From Candidatus Binatia bacterium (GTDB lineage: Bacteria > Desulfobacterota > Binatia > UTPRO1), in assembly GCA_041485125.1 (NCBI GenBank), contig JBGPIT010000002.1, positions 1-49,537 on the forward strand: DNA of 49,537 nucleotides, read 5' to 3'. The number at the start of each line of letters is the position of its first letter. Positions within the stretch are counted from its first letter, which is position 1. Shown one piece after another: positions 11,772 to 21,286 of this stretch. Below the pieces are notes generated by a model. It was not told where the DNA came from, made no database searches, and saw only the letters and a program-made list of their open reading frames with translations. The translations under genes were made by a program, and so were the position numbers.

Positions 11772-12242
11772 GTGGCCGTGCGGGAATTGGCCGGATCACT
11801 CGACGGCCACGGCTTGCGCATCGGTATCGTGGTGTCGCGCTTCAATCGCAGCATCACCGACGCGCTGCTGAACGGCGCGCTCGAGGCGCTCGAGAGCCAC
11901 GGCGTCGCCGAGCAGGACATCAGCGTCGTGCACGTGCCGGGTGCGTTCGAGGTGCCGTTCGCGGCACGGCGGCTCGCCAAGGCGGGCGGCTTCGACGCGC
12001 TCATCTGCCTCGGCGCGGTGATCCGCGGCGACACGCCGCACTTCGACTACATCGCGAGCGAGGTGACCCGCGGCATCGGCGCCGTCGTCGCCGACCACGA
12101 TCTGCCGGTCGCGTTCGGCGTCCTCACCACCGACACGATCGAGCAGGCCCTCGACCGCGCCGGCGCGCGCCACGGCAACAAGGGCTTCGAGGCCGCGACC
12201 ACCGCGCTCGAGATGGCGCGCTTGCGGAAGCTCTTGAGCTGA
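11772..12242 (+). CDS. ribH: 6,7-dimethyl-8-ribityllumazine synthase
   Basis: 156 aa: [25 protein letters not shown]...[18 protein letters not shown]...[15 protein letters not shown]. Confidence 0.92.
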   Translation: MAVRELAGSLDGHGLRIGIVVSRFNRSITDALLNGALEALESHGVAEQDISVVHVPGAFEVPFAARRLAKAGGFDALICLGAVIRGDTPHFDYIASEVTRGIGAVVADHDLPVAFGVLTTDTIEQALDRAGARHGNKGFEAATTALEMARLRKLLS

Positions 12243-12244
12243 CC

Positions 12245-12673
12245 ATGGGCGTTCGGCGCAAAGGACGGGAGCTCGCGCTGCAGGCGCTCTACCAGGCGCA
12301 GCTCACCGGCGATCAGTCGTTGCGGAGCGTGCGCGAGACCGTGCGTCACTTCGGCGGTGTCGGCGCGTCACAGACCTTCGCCGCGGAGATCGTCGACGGC
12401 GTGCTCGACGACCGCGACCGCATCGACGAGCTGATCGCGCAGAGCTCGGAGCACTGGCGCCTCGGCCGGCTCGCGAACGTCGATCTGACCATCTTGCGCG
12501 TCGGCACCTACGAGCTGCTGCGCCGGCCCGAGACGCCGGTGCAAGTCGTCATCGACGAGGCGATCGAGATCGCGAAGCGCTTCGGCAGCGAGGAGTCGGC
12601 CGTCTTCGTCAACGGCGTCCTCGATCAGATCGCCGGCGTGACCCGGCCCGGCGAGCGCCGGGACGCGCCGTGA
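12245..12673 (+). CDS. nusB: Transcription antitermination factor NusB
   Basis: Last 142 codons of the spurious 1039-aa track ORF 9554..12673. The in-frame ATG at 12245 gives [23 protein letters not shown]...[27 protein letters not shown]. The ribH-nusB synteny is conserved. Confidence 0.9.
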   Translation: MGVRRKGRELALQALYQAQLTGDQSLRSVRETVRHFGGVGASQTFAAEIVDGVLDDRDRIDELIAQSSEHWRLGRLANVDLTILRVGTYELLRRPETPVQVVIDEAIEIAKRFGSEESAVFVNGVLDQIAGVTRPGERRDAP

Positions 12674-12675
12674 GG

Positions 12676-15186
12676 ATGGACGAGCGGTACGATCCGCACG
12701 CGGTCGAGCAGCGCTGGCAGGAGCGCTGGCGGATCGAGCACGCCCACGAGGTCTCGAACACCCCCGATCGTCCGACCTTCTATTGCCTCGAGATGTTTCC
12801 CTACCCCTCGGGCCGCATCCACATGGGCCACGTCCGCAACTACACGCTCGGCGACGTCGTCGCGCGCAATCGGCGCATGCGCGGCTACGAGGTGCTGCAT
12901 CCCATCGGTTGGGACGCCTTCGGCATGCCGGCGGAGAACGCCGCGATCGCGCGCGGCGTGCATCCCGCGGCGTGGACGGCGGAGAACATCGACTACATGC
13001 GGGGCCAGCTCCGCCGCATGGGCCTGAGCTACGACTGGAGCCGCGAGCTCGCCACCTGCGACCCCGCCTACTACCGCTGGGAACAGGAGTTCTTTCTCGC
13101 CATGCTCGAGCGCGGGCTCGCGTACCGCAAGCGCTCGGTGGTGAATTGGTGCGCGCGCTGCGAGACCGTGCTCGCCAACGAGCAAGTCGAGGACGGCCGC
13201 TGCTGGCGCTGCGAGTCGGTCGTCACCGAGCGCGAGCTCGAGCAGTGGTTTCTCCGCATCACCGCCTACGCCGAGGAGCTCCTTGCCGGCTGCGACACGC
13301 TCGCGGGCGGCTGGCCGGAGAAGGTGCTCACGATGCAGCGCAACTGGATCGGGAAGAGCGTCGGCGCCGAGCTGCGCTTCCCGGTCGACGGCCGCGACGA
13401 CGCGATCACCGTCTTCACCACCCGTCCCGACACCGTGTTCGGCGCGACCTTCGTGAGCCTCGCGGTCGAGCATCCGCTCGTCGCCGCGCTCTCGCGCGGC
13501 ACGCCGCAAGAAGCCGAGGTCGCGGACTTCGTCCGCCGCGTCCGCGCCCAGTCGGCGGCCGAGCGCGGCGAAGGGAAGGAAGGCGTCTTCATCGGCGCCT
13601 ACGCGCGCAATCCCTTCACCGGCGCGAAGATCCCGATCTACGCCGCGAGCTTCGTCCTCATGGCATACGGCGCCGGCGCGGTGATGGCGGTGCCGTGCCA
13701 CGACCAGCGCGACTTCGAGTTCGCGCGCGCGCACCGCCTGCGCATGGTGGTCGTGGTGCAGCCCGAGAGCGAGCCGCCGCTGGAGCCGACGCGCATGGAG
13801 GCCGCCTACGAGGGCCCCGGGCGCCTGGTGCGATCGGGCGAGTTCGACGGCCTGCCGAGCGAGGAGGCGAAGACCCGCATCACGGCCGCCGCCGAGAAGC
13901 GCGGCATCGGCCGCGCGACCACGCAGTACCGCCTGCGCGACTGGGGCGTCTCGCGCCAGCGCTACTGGGGCACGCCAATCCCGGTCGTCTACTGTGACGC
14001 CTGCGGCGTCGTGCCGGTCCCGCGCGAGCAGCTGCCGGTCGTGCTGCCGATCGACGCCGAGTTCTCGGGGGCAGGCGGCTCCCCGCTGGCGAAGCTCGAG
14101 AGCTTCGTCCGCACGCGCTGCCCGCGCTGCGACGCGCCGGCGCGCCGCGAGACCGACACCTTCGATACCTTCATGGAGTCGTCGTGGTACTTCCTGCGCT
14201 ACACCGCGCCGCGCGAGCACGGACGCGCGTTCGATCCGGCGGCGCTCCGAACATGGATGCCGGTCGATCAGTACATCGGCGGCATCGAGCACGCGGTCCT
14301 GCATCTGCTGTATTCACGCTTCTTCACCAAGGTGCTGGTCGACCTCGGCTACGTCGCCGCTGCGCGCGACGACGGCACCCCGCTGCGAGAGCCGTTCGCG
14401 AACCTCCTCACGCAAGGGATGGTGATCAAGGACGGTGCCAAGATGAGCAAGTCGAAAGGGAACGTCGTCGACCCCGACTACCTGATCGACCGCTACGGCG
14501 CCGACACGGCGCGGCTCTTCTCGCTGTTCGCTGCGCCCCCCGAACGTGACCTCGAGTGGAACGATCAGGGTGTCGAGGGCGCCTCGCGCTTCCTGCATCG
14601 GCTGTGGCGCATCGTCTACCGCGGCCGTGCCTGGCTGTCGGAGCGCGGCGGGGCGGACGGGTCCGCCGTTGCGGGCGACGGCACTGCCCGCGATCTCCGC
14701 CGCCTCACGCACCGGACGATCGCGCGTGTCACCGACGACGTCGAACGGCGGCGCCACTTCAACACCGCCGTCGCGGCGATCATGGAGCTGGTGAACGGCT
14801 ACGCCGAGCTGGTACAAGCGGAGCCGCCGGCAGACTCGACCTTGCGCGACGCGATCGTGGAGGCGGTCGAGACCACGATCGTCCTCCTGGCGCCGTTCGT
14901 GCCGCACATCGCGAACGAGCTCTGGGACCAGCTCGGCCACACCGAGCTGCTCGATCGGGTGGCGTGGCCGGCGGCCGACGAGACCGCGCTGGTCGAGGAG
15001 GAGGTGGAGATGGTGGTGCAGGTGAACGGCAAGGTGCGCGGGCGGTTCACCATCACCGCCGACGCGCCCGAGGCCGAGATGCTCGCGCGTGCGCTCGCCG
15101 ACGAGCGCGTGCGGGCGCAGCTCGGCGACAAGACGATCCGGAAGACGCTCGTCGTTCCCGGGCGCTTGGTGAGCATCGTTGTCTGA
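12676..15186 (+). CDS. leuS: Leucine--tRNA ligase
   Basis: About 836 aa with [16 protein letters not shown] (HIGH) and KMSKSKGN (KMSKS). The start is ATG 12676, or GTG 12670. Confidence 0.95.
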   Translation: MDERYDPHAVEQRWQERWRIEHAHEVSNTPDRPTFYCLEMFPYPSGRIHMGHVRNYTLGDVVARNRRMRGYEVLHPIGWDAFGMPAENAAIARGVHPAAWTAENIDYMRGQLRRMGLSYDWSRELATCDPAYYRWEQEFFLAMLERGLAYRKRSVVNWCARCETVLANEQVEDGRCWRCESVVTERELEQWFLRITAYAEELLAGCDTLAGGWPEKVLTMQRNWIGKSVGAELRFPVDGRDDAITVFTTRPDTVFGATFVSLAVEHPLVAALSRGTPQEAEVADFVRRVRAQSAAERGEGKEGVFIGAYARNPFTGAKIPIYAASFVLMAYGAGAVMAVPCHDQRDFEFARAHRLRMVVVVQPESEPPLEPTRMEAAYEGPGRLVRSGEFDGLPSEEAKTRITAAAEKRGIGRATTQYRLRDWGVSRQRYWGTPIPVVYCDACGVVPVPREQLPVVLPIDAEFSGAGGSPLAKLESFVRTRCPRCDAPARRETDTFDTFMESSWYFLRYTAPREHGRAFDPAALRTWMPVDQYIGGIEHAVLHLLYSRFFTKVLVDLGYVAAARDDGTPLREPFANLLTQGMVIKDGAKMSKSKGNVVDPDYLIDRYGADTARLFSLFAAPPERDLEWNDQGVEGASRFLHRLWRIVYRGRAWLSERGGADGSAVAGDGTARDLRRLTHRTIARVTDDVERRRHFNTAVAAIMELVNGYAELVQAEPPADSTLRDAIVEAVETTIVLLAPFVPHIANELWDQLGHTELLDRVAWPAADETALVEEEVEMVVQVNGKVRGRFTITADAPEAEMLARALADERVRAQLGDKTIRKTLVVPGRLVSIVV

Positions 15187-15781
15187 GCGACGTCGCATCG
15201 CGCCGGCGGCGGGCTTCATCGCGCTGGTGCTCCTCGCCGGCGGTTGCGGCTACCATTTCACCGACGGCGGCCGCACCTTCACTCCCGAGCTGCGGACGCT
15301 CGGCGTCGCGACCTTCGTCAACGAGACCCGCGAGATCGGCATCGAAAAGCGCCTCGCGCTCGCGATCGAGCGCGAGTTCTCGATGCGCGGTCCGCTCAAG
15401 GTCGTGAACGATCCCAGCGCCGGCGATCTCGTCCTCAGCGGCAAGGTGAAGGAGGTGCAAGACCGGCCGACGGCGTTCAATCGCGAGGACGAGGTGCTGA
15501 TCTACCAGACCACGCTCGCGCTCGATCTCGAGCTCCGCCGGCGCGACAACCACGAGCTGGTCTGGGAGGCGCACAACCTGCGCGCCGCCAGCGACTACGA
15601 GAGCGTCGCCTCCGTGATCGTCACCACCTCGTCGGAGTTCCGCCGTTCGACGCTCAATCCCGAGGACCTCGGGGCGTTCACCGACATCCAACTCGCCGAG
15701 AGCCGGCGCCGGCAGGCGGTCGAGCGCATCGTCGCGAGCCTCGCACGCGACGTTTACCAGCAAGTCATGGAGGACTTCTGA
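15179..15781 (+). CDS. lptE: LPS-assembly lipoprotein LptE (probable)
   Basis: 200 aa with a TTG start overlapping the leuS stop. It has a signal peptide with a lipobox-like LLAGGC (Cys22). It lies between leuS and holA, the conserved leuS-lptE-holA arrangement. Confidence 0.6.
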   Translation: MSERRRIAPAAGFIALVLLAGGCGYHFTDGGRTFTPELRTLGVATFVNETREIGIEKRLALAIEREFSMRGPLKVVNDPSAGDLVLSGKVKEVQDRPTAFNREDEVLIYQTTLALDLELRRRDNHELVWEAHNLRAASDYESVASVIVTTSSEFRRSTLNPEDLGAFTDIQLAESRRRQAVERIVASLARDVYQQVMEDF

Positions 15782-16809
15782 GCGCCCCCGAGCGGCGACC
15801 GGGACTGCTGCTTCTCGCCGAGGAACGCCGCGGCGAGTTCGACGGCCTGCGCGCCGAGCGCGCCCTCGCCGAGCTGCGCCGCCGCCTCGAGCGCGACGGC
15901 TCGCTCGCGCTCCTCAGCTACCACCTCGCCGACGCCGATGCCGACGTCGTCGCCGACGCGATCGAGACGCCGTCGCTGTTCGGCGCCCGCACGCTCATCG
16001 TGCTGCGCGGCGCCGAGTCACTCGACGAGCGCGGGCAACAGCGCCTCGCCGATGCGCTCGACCGCCAAGCGCCGCAGGTGACGCTCGCGATCGTGGCGCG
16101 GGCGGCGGACATGCGCAAGCGGTTCTTCGCGCGCTGCCGCGACCTCGCCGAGCACGTCCCGGTCGACCACCCGCGCCAGGGCGAGATGCGCCAGTGGGCC
16201 GACGCGTTCGCCAAGGAGCGCGGCCGCCGCCTCGACGACGACGCCCGCGATCTCCTCGTCGACTGCACCGGGCGCGATCTCCTGCTGCTCGCGAGCGAGC
16301 TCGACAAGCTGGCCGCCGCGGTGCCGCCAGGGCGGCCGATCACGCTCGAGGACGTCACGCGCGTCACCGCAGCCGGCCGCGAGCACGGCAACTTCGAAAT
16401 CACCGACGCGCTCTGCATCCGAGACGGCGCCGCCGCGATGCGGGCGCTGGCGCTCGCGCTCGACGAGGGCGCCGCGCCGATCGCGATCATCGGCGCGATC
16501 GCCGCGATCTTGAAGACGGTCCTCGCCGGCGCCGATCTGGTCGCGCGCGGCCGCAGCATCGACGATGCGCAGCGTGAGCTCGCCGTTCACCCTTACCAGC
16601 GGCGGACGTTGCAGACGGCGCTGCGCGCCCACCGCGCCCCGGTCCTCCGCCGGGCGATGGTGCGCTTGGCGGAGATCGACCTGGCGGCAAAGAGCGGAAT
16701 GGGCGAGCCGCGCGCGATGCTCGAGGAGTGGGTGCTGGATCTCTGCGCGCCGCGGAAGCGCGGCGCGGGGCGAGGAGCGCTCGCCGCTCAGGCGGGAGCG
16801 GTCAGCTGA
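15778..16809 (+). CDS. holA: DNA polymerase III delta subunit; start codon unresolved
   Basis: C-terminal about 343 codons of track ORF 15244..16809: ...PGLLLLAEERRGEF...IETPSLFGARTLIVLRGAESL...GRDLLLLASELDKLA. It fits HolA in length and position. There is no in-frame ATG/GTG/TTG between about 15673 and the conserved N-terminal region. CTG at 15778 is the nearest candidate start. Confidence 0.7.
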   Translation: MSAPERRPGLLLLAEERRGEFDGLRAERALAELRRRLERDGSLALLSYHLADADADVVADAIETPSLFGARTLIVLRGAESLDERGQQRLADALDRQAPQVTLAIVARAADMRKRFFARCRDLAEHVPVDHPRQGEMRQWADAFAKERGRRLDDDARDLLVDCTGRDLLLLASELDKLAAAVPPGRPITLEDVTRVTAAGREHGNFEITDALCIRDGAAAMRALALALDEGAAPIAIIGAIAAILKTVLAGADLVARGRSIDDAQRELAVHPYQRRTLQTALRAHRAPVLRRAMVRLAEIDLAAKSGMGEPRAMLEEWVLDLCAPRKRGAGRGALAAQAGAVS

Positions 16810-17060
16810 CGAAGCGCGCGGGTCAGACGCGAGATCTTGCGCGAAGCCGTGTTGCGGTGCAGGACGCCCTTGGTGACCGCCTTGTCGATCGCCCGCGTCG
16901 CCTGCTGCAAGCGCTCTTGCGCATCGCCGGCGTTCTGGCTTTCGAGCGCTTCGCGTACGTGACGCACGGAGGTGCGGACGCGCGAGCGGATCGCTTGGTT
17001 GCGATCGTGCCGGGTGAGGCTCTGACGGTGCCGCTTTGCCGCTGAAGGATGTTTTCTCAT
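16788..17060 (-). CDS. rpsT: 30S ribosomal protein S20
   Basis: Last 90 codons of the spurious track ORF 16788..18758. The ATG at 17060 gives MRKHPSAAKRHRQSLTRHDRNQAIRSRVRT...KGVLHRNTASRKISRL. Confidence 0.9.
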   Translation of the reverse strand: MRKHPSAAKRHRQSLTRHDRNQAIRSRVRTSVRHVREALESQNAGDAQERLQQATRAIDKAVTKGVLHRNTASRKISRLTRALRQLTAPA

Positions 17061-17099
17061 TGCCGGCGAGTTTTTAGCAACCGGACCCCGGTGCGTCAA

Positions 17100-18752
17100 A
17101 TGAGCGAGAGGCGAGAGATCGCGCGCGCGGCGGGCGTGGTGAGCGTGGTGACGGTGGTGTCGCGCATCACCGGTCTCCTGCGCGACATCGTGGTGGGCTA
17201 CTTCTTCGGCGCCGGCGCCGGTGCCGACGCATTCTTCGTCGCCTACCGAATCCCGAATCTGCTCCGCCGTCTGGTCGCCGAGGGCGCCACGACCGCGGCA
17301 TTCATCCCGATCTTCACCGGCTACCTGACGACGCAGACCCGTCGCGACGCCGACCGGGTGGCGCAGGTGCTCTTCACCACCATGGCGCTGATCCTGCTCG
17401 TGGTGACCATCCTCGGGATCGCGCTCGCCGGCCCGCTGACTCGTCTCTTCGCGCCCGGCTTCGAGGCCATGCCCGGCAAGCTCGAGCTCGCGGTCAGCCT
17501 GACGCGGATGGTCTTCCCGTACATCTTCCTGATCGGTCTGGTCGCGGCGGCGATGGGGGTCCTCAACTCGCTGCGCGAGTTCACCGCGCCGGCGATGTCG
17601 CCGGTGGTGATGAACCTGGTGATGGTGGCGGCGGTCCCGGTTCTGGCCCGACCGCTCGGCATCTACTGCCTGCCGGTCGCCGTCGTCCTCGGCGGCGTCG
17701 CGCAGCTGGTGAGCCAAGTGCCGGCGCTGGTGCGCCACGGCGTGCCGCTCGCGCCGCGCTTGGAGCCGCGCCATCCCGCCGTCGGGCGCCTCGGCGCGCT
17801 CATGCTGCCGACCGTCTTCGGCTCCGCCGTCTACCAGATCAACGTCCTGGTGAGCACGATGTTCGCATCGCTGCTGCCGAGCGGCAGCGTCTCGTACCTG
17901 TGGTACGCCGAGCGCTTGTTCGAGTTCCCGCTCGGCGTCTTCGCGGTTGCGCTCAGCACCGCGGCGTTGCCGAGCTTCGCGGCGCTCGCCAAGCGCGACA
18001 TGGCGGAGTTCCGCGGCACGGTGGTGTTCGCGCTCCGCATGGTGAACGTGATCGCCTTGCCGGCGGCGATCGGCCTCATGGTCATCGCCGACCCGATCAC
18101 GTCGGTGCTCTTCCAGCGCGGCGAGTTCGGGCCGGCAGAGGCGCAGCAGACGGCCGTCGCCGTGCGCTTCTTCGCGATCGGCCTGTGGTCGGTCGCGTGC
18201 GTGCGTGTGATCGTACCCGCCTTCTACGCGCTCGAGGACACGCGCACGCCCGTCCTCACCGCGGCGGTGGCGTTCGCCGCGAATCTCATGTTCGTGGTCC
18301 TCTTCATCGGGCCGCTGCCGGTGCCGCCCGACTCGGCGATCGGTGCCGCGCTGGCGCACGCGACGCGCACGTTCGGCGTCCTCGAGCTCCGCCACGGCGG
18401 CCTCGCGCTCGCGACGTCCTTGTCCGCGACCGTGAATCTGCTGTTCCTCTGCATCTTCCTCGGCCGAAAGAGCGGCGCGCTCGACTGGTGGAGCTGGCTG
18501 CGCGGGGCGCTGCGGACGCTCGTCGCCGCGCTCGCGATGGTTCCGGTCGTGCTGTTCATCACGCGGCGGGTGCAATGGTTCGGCGGCGGCGTGCCGTTCG
18601 CCGTCCGCGCCGCTTGGCTCGCCGTCGCGGTGGTGGCGGGCACGACGGTGTGCGCCGCCGTAGTGCTCGCGCTCGGCGGTCCCGAGGTGAGCGCGTTCCG
18701 CGCGGCGCTGCGCCGGCGACTGCGACGAAGAGTCGACCGCGCGCCGGCGTGA
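17100..18752 (+). CDS. murJ: Lipid II flippase MurJ
   Basis: The internal ATG at 17100 gives MSERREIARAAGVVSVVTVVSRITGLLRDIVVGYFFGAGAGADAFFVAYRIPNLLRRLVAEGA..., the MviN/MurJ N-terminal signature. It is polytopic. Confidence 0.9.
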   Translation: MSERREIARAAGVVSVVTVVSRITGLLRDIVVGYFFGAGAGADAFFVAYRIPNLLRRLVAEGATTAAFIPIFTGYLTTQTRRDADRVAQVLFTTMALILLVVTILGIALAGPLTRLFAPGFEAMPGKLELAVSLTRMVFPYIFLIGLVAAAMGVLNSLREFTAPAMSPVVMNLVMVAAVPVLARPLGIYCLPVAVVLGGVAQLVSQVPALVRHGVPLAPRLEPRHPAVGRLGALMLPTVFGSAVYQINVLVSTMFASLLPSGSVSYLWYAERLFEFPLGVFAVALSTAALPSFAALAKRDMAEFRGTVVFALRMVNVIALPAAIGLMVIADPITSVLFQRGEFGPAEAQQTAVAVRFFAIGLWSVACVRVIVPAFYALEDTRTPVLTAAVAFAANLMFVVLFIGPLPVPPDSAIGAALAHATRTFGVLELRHGGLALATSLSATVNLLFLCIFLGRKSGALDWWSWLRGALRTLVAALAMVPVVLFITRRVQWFGGGVPFAVRAAWLAVAVVAGTTVCAAVVLALGGPEVSAFRAALRRRLRRRVDRAPA

Positions 18753-18762
18753 TCGCACGGGC

Positions 18763-19551
18763 TCAGCCGCGCTCTGCCGCCTTCACTTCCTCCCAGAGAC
18801 GCTCGAGCTCGTCCGGTGTGACGTCGTGGATGTCCGTGCCGGCGGCGTCGAGCGCCTTCTCCATGCTGCGAAAGCGGCGGCCGAACCGCACCAGCGCGCC
18901 ACGCAACGCCATCTCCGCGTTCTGTTCGGCGAGACGCCCGACGCTCACGACCGCGAAGAGCAGGTCACCGAGCTCGTGCTCGATCTCGCCGGTGTCGCCG
19001 CGCGCGAGCGCCGCGTCGAGCTCGTCGACCTCCTCGCGCACCTTCGCGAGCGCGGCGCGCGCCGACGGCCAGTCGAAGCCGACGCGCGACGCTTTCTCTC
19101 CCGTCCGGTAGGCGGCGTGCAGCGCCGGCTGCTCGGCCGGTAAGCCGCTCAAGAGCGACCGGTCGGCGTCGCCGGCCTTGCCGGCGCGCTCCTCGGCCTT
19201 GATGCGCGACCAGTTCCGTACTACCGCCGCGGCGTCCGGCGCGACGGTATCGCCGAACACGTGCGGATGGCGGCGGATCATCTTGTCGCTGATCGCCGCG
19301 ATCACGTCCTCGATCGTGAACTGCCGCGCCTCGGCCGCGAGCTCGGCGTGCAGGACCACCTGCAAGAGCAGGTCGCCGAGCTCGTCGCAGAGCGCCTCCG
19401 GGTCGGCGGCGTCGATCGCCTCGAGCACCTCGTACGCCTCCTCGAGCAGGAACGGTCGCAAGGTGGCCGCCGTCTGCTCGCGATCCCACGGACACCCGCC
19501 GGGTGCGCGCAGGCGATGGACGAGAGCGACGAGATCCGGAAAACGCGTCAT
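18763..19551 (-). CDS. mazG: Nucleoside triphosphate pyrophosphohydrolase MazG
   Basis: From the internal ATG 19551: MTRFPDLVALVHRLRAPGGCPWDREQTAATLRPFLLEEAYEVLEAI... plus a second MazG repeat (EELGDLLF-like: HELGDLLFAVV). Confidence 0.88.
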   Translation of the reverse strand: MTRFPDLVALVHRLRAPGGCPWDREQTAATLRPFLLEEAYEVLEAIDAADPEALCDELGDLLLQVVLHAELAAEARQFTIEDVIAAISDKMIRRHPHVFGDTVAPDAAAVVRNWSRIKAEERAGKAGDADRSLLSGLPAEQPALHAAYRTGEKASRVGFDWPSARAALAKVREEVDELDAALARGDTGEIEHELGDLLFAVVSVGRLAEQNAEMALRGALVRFGRRFRSMEKALDAAGTDIHDVTPDELERLWEEVKAAERG

Positions 19552-19670
19552 CGCCCGACAGTTCACGAGAGCCGAGGCCGAAGTCAAATCGCGCTCGGAA
19601 GGCGAGCCGGGACGCGCCTCACCTCAGAAGCGGGCTTGCGAGAGCCATCCCAGCTCAGTACGTTTCCCTC

Positions 19671-19925
19671 ATGGCACGCGTGACGGTCTATACGACGGAC
19701 TACTGCCCGTACTGCGTCCAGGCGAAGCGCCTGCTGACGGAGATGGCGATCGAGTACGAGGAGGTCGACGTCGGCGCCGACATCGCGCTCCGCACCCAGA
19801 TGGTCGAACGGGCCGGCGGACGCCGCACGGTCCCGCAGATCTTCATCGACGGCGAGTCGATCGGCGGCTACACCGAGCTCCGGACCCTCGCCGATACCGG
19901 CGGCCTCGGCCGCCTCACCAGCTGA
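19671..19925 (+). CDS. grxC: Glutaredoxin 3
   Basis: From ATG 19671: MARVTVYTTDYCPYCVQAKRLL...RRTVPQIFIDGESIGGYTEL, with a CPYC active site. Confidence 0.9.
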   Translation: MARVTVYTTDYCPYCVQAKRLLTEMAIEYEEVDVGADIALRTQMVERAGGRRTVPQIFIDGESIGGYTELRTLADTGGLGRLTS

Positions 19926-19976
19926 GTCCGCCCACTCCACTTCGCGGAGCGACCCGCATCGGAACAGCGGGCGCGA

Positions 19977-20510
19977 CTACGAAAACGCAACCTCGACGCC
20001 GAGCTCCTCGCCGATCGCGTGGAGGCGCCGCTCGAGTGCCGCGACGTCGACCTCGCGCGGCACGTCGAGCTGAACACGCACGGTGTAGATCGGCGTGCCG
20101 CTCTCGGGCTCGGGACGTGATTGCGTCGTCATCGCGGCGATGTTGACACCCTGGTCGGCGAGACTGCGGGCGAGCTTGGCGACGATGCCGGCGCGGTCGA
20201 CGCCGATCGCTTGCAGCGCGAAGCGCCGGGCGTGGGTGCGGGCGGCGTAGGGAACGGGCTCGGTCTCGAGCGGACGGAAGAAGACGGTGAGACGCTTCTC
20301 CCACTCGAGCCGCTTGCAACCGCTCGCAAGGTGGCGCTCGGCGTCCGGCGTCACCGCCGAGAGCAGCAGCAGCACCGCGAACTCGCTGCCGAGGATCGTC
20401 ATGCTCGAGTCCTCGAGATTGCAGTCGCACTCGTAGATGAGCTCGGCGAGATCCGCGACGATTCCCGGCCGGTCGCGTCCGATCGCCGACAGAGCGAACC
20501 ATTGCTTCAT
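19977..20510 (-). CDS. Tandem ACT-domain protein (GcvR-like)
   Basis: From ATG 20510: MKQWFALSAIGRDRPGIVADLAELIYECDCNLEDSSMTILGSEFAV... and a second repeat FALQAIGVDRAGIVAKLARSLADQGVNIAAM. This is the two-ACT layout seen in glycine cleavage repressor-type proteins. Confidence 0.7.
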   Translation of the reverse strand: MKQWFALSAIGRDRPGIVADLAELIYECDCNLEDSSMTILGSEFAVLLLLSAVTPDAERHLASGCKRLEWEKRLTVFFRPLETEPVPYAARTHARRFALQAIGVDRAGIVAKLARSLADQGVNIAAMTTQSRPEPESGTPIYTVRVQLDVPREVDVAALERRLHAIGEELGVEVAFS

Positions 20511-20629
20511 GGCTGGCGCATAGCGTGCGGTCGCCGCGCGGGTCAATCGCACCGCCCCGATGCACGCGCACAGGCGCGACCCCGCCGCTCCCGGTGGCAA
20601 TCGCGGACGGCCGTCCGTATGCTGCGCGC

Positions 20630-21286
20630 GTGTCGCACACGCTCTCCGAGCACGAGTCGAAAGAGCTGCTGCGCGCGGCGGGCATCGCGGTACCGCCGGA
20701 GCATCTCGTCGCCGACGCGGAGGCGGCGGTGCGAGCGGCGACGGCGCTCGGGTTGCCGGTCGGCGTGAAGCTCTGCGGCCGCGGCATCGCCCACAAGACC
20801 GAGCGCAACCTGGTGCGTGTCGCGCTCGGCGACGCCGAGTCCGTACGGCGCGCCGCCGCCGACCTGCTCTCGGCGCGGCGTCCGGAAGACGGCGACGCGG
20901 ACCTGCTCGTGGTCCCGATGATCCCCGGAAAGCGCGAGGTCATCGCCGGCCTGATCCGCGACCCGGTCTTCGGGCCGTGCGTGATGCTCGGCCTCGGCGG
21001 CATCTTCGCCGAGGTCGTCGGCGACGTCGCGTTCGCGGTCGCGCCGCTCATCGGTGACGATGCCGAGGACTTGATCGACGCCCTTCGCTACCGCGGCCTG
21101 CTTGGCACCTTTAGAGGCGAGCCCGCGATCGACCGCGCCAAGCTCGCGCACGTCCTCGAGACGCTCGGTCGGCTCGGCGTCGAGCGGCCCGACATCCGCT
21201 CGATCGACGTCAACCCGCTCATCGTCTCCGGCGACGCGCCGGTCGTCGTCGACGCGCTCGTCGAGCTCGAGGATCCGCCACGATGA
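20630..21286 (+). CDS. ADP-forming acyl/acetyl-CoA synthetase, ATP-grasp (beta) subunit
   Basis: The GTG at 20630 gives VSHTLSEHESKELLRAAGIAVPPEHLVADAEAAVRAATALGLPVGVKL...DVNPLIV. This is an ATP-grasp_5-type domain of about 218 aa. Its stop overlaps the next gene. Confidence 0.75.
   Translation: MSHTLSEHESKELLRAAGIAVPPEHLVADAEAAVRAATALGLPVGVKLCGRGIAHKTERNLVRVALGDAESVRRAAADLLSARRPEDGDADLLVVPMIPGKREVIAGLIRDPVFGPCVMLGLGGIFAEVVGDVAFAVAPLIGDDAEDLIDALRYRGLLGTFRGEPAIDRAKLAHVLETLGRLGVERPDIRSIDVNPLIVSGDAPVVVDALVELEDPPR

Noticed and set aside
9554-12244. Upstream 897 codons of the 1039 aa ORF 9554..12673
   Set aside because: It is extremely Arg/Pro/Gly/Ala-rich and overlaps ribD, ribBA and ribH out of frame. 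Only the last 142 codons (nusB, from ATG 12245) look like a real protein.
12625-14304. 559 aa minus-strand ORF
   Set aside because: It is antisense to leuS, which carries HIGH and KMSKS motifs. The composition is Arg/Ala/Asp-rich and it has no motifs.
17061-18758. Upstream part of the 656 aa minus-strand ORF 16788..18758
   Set aside because: It is antisense to murJ and Arg/His/Glu/Asp-rich. Only the terminal 90 codons (rpsT) are credible.
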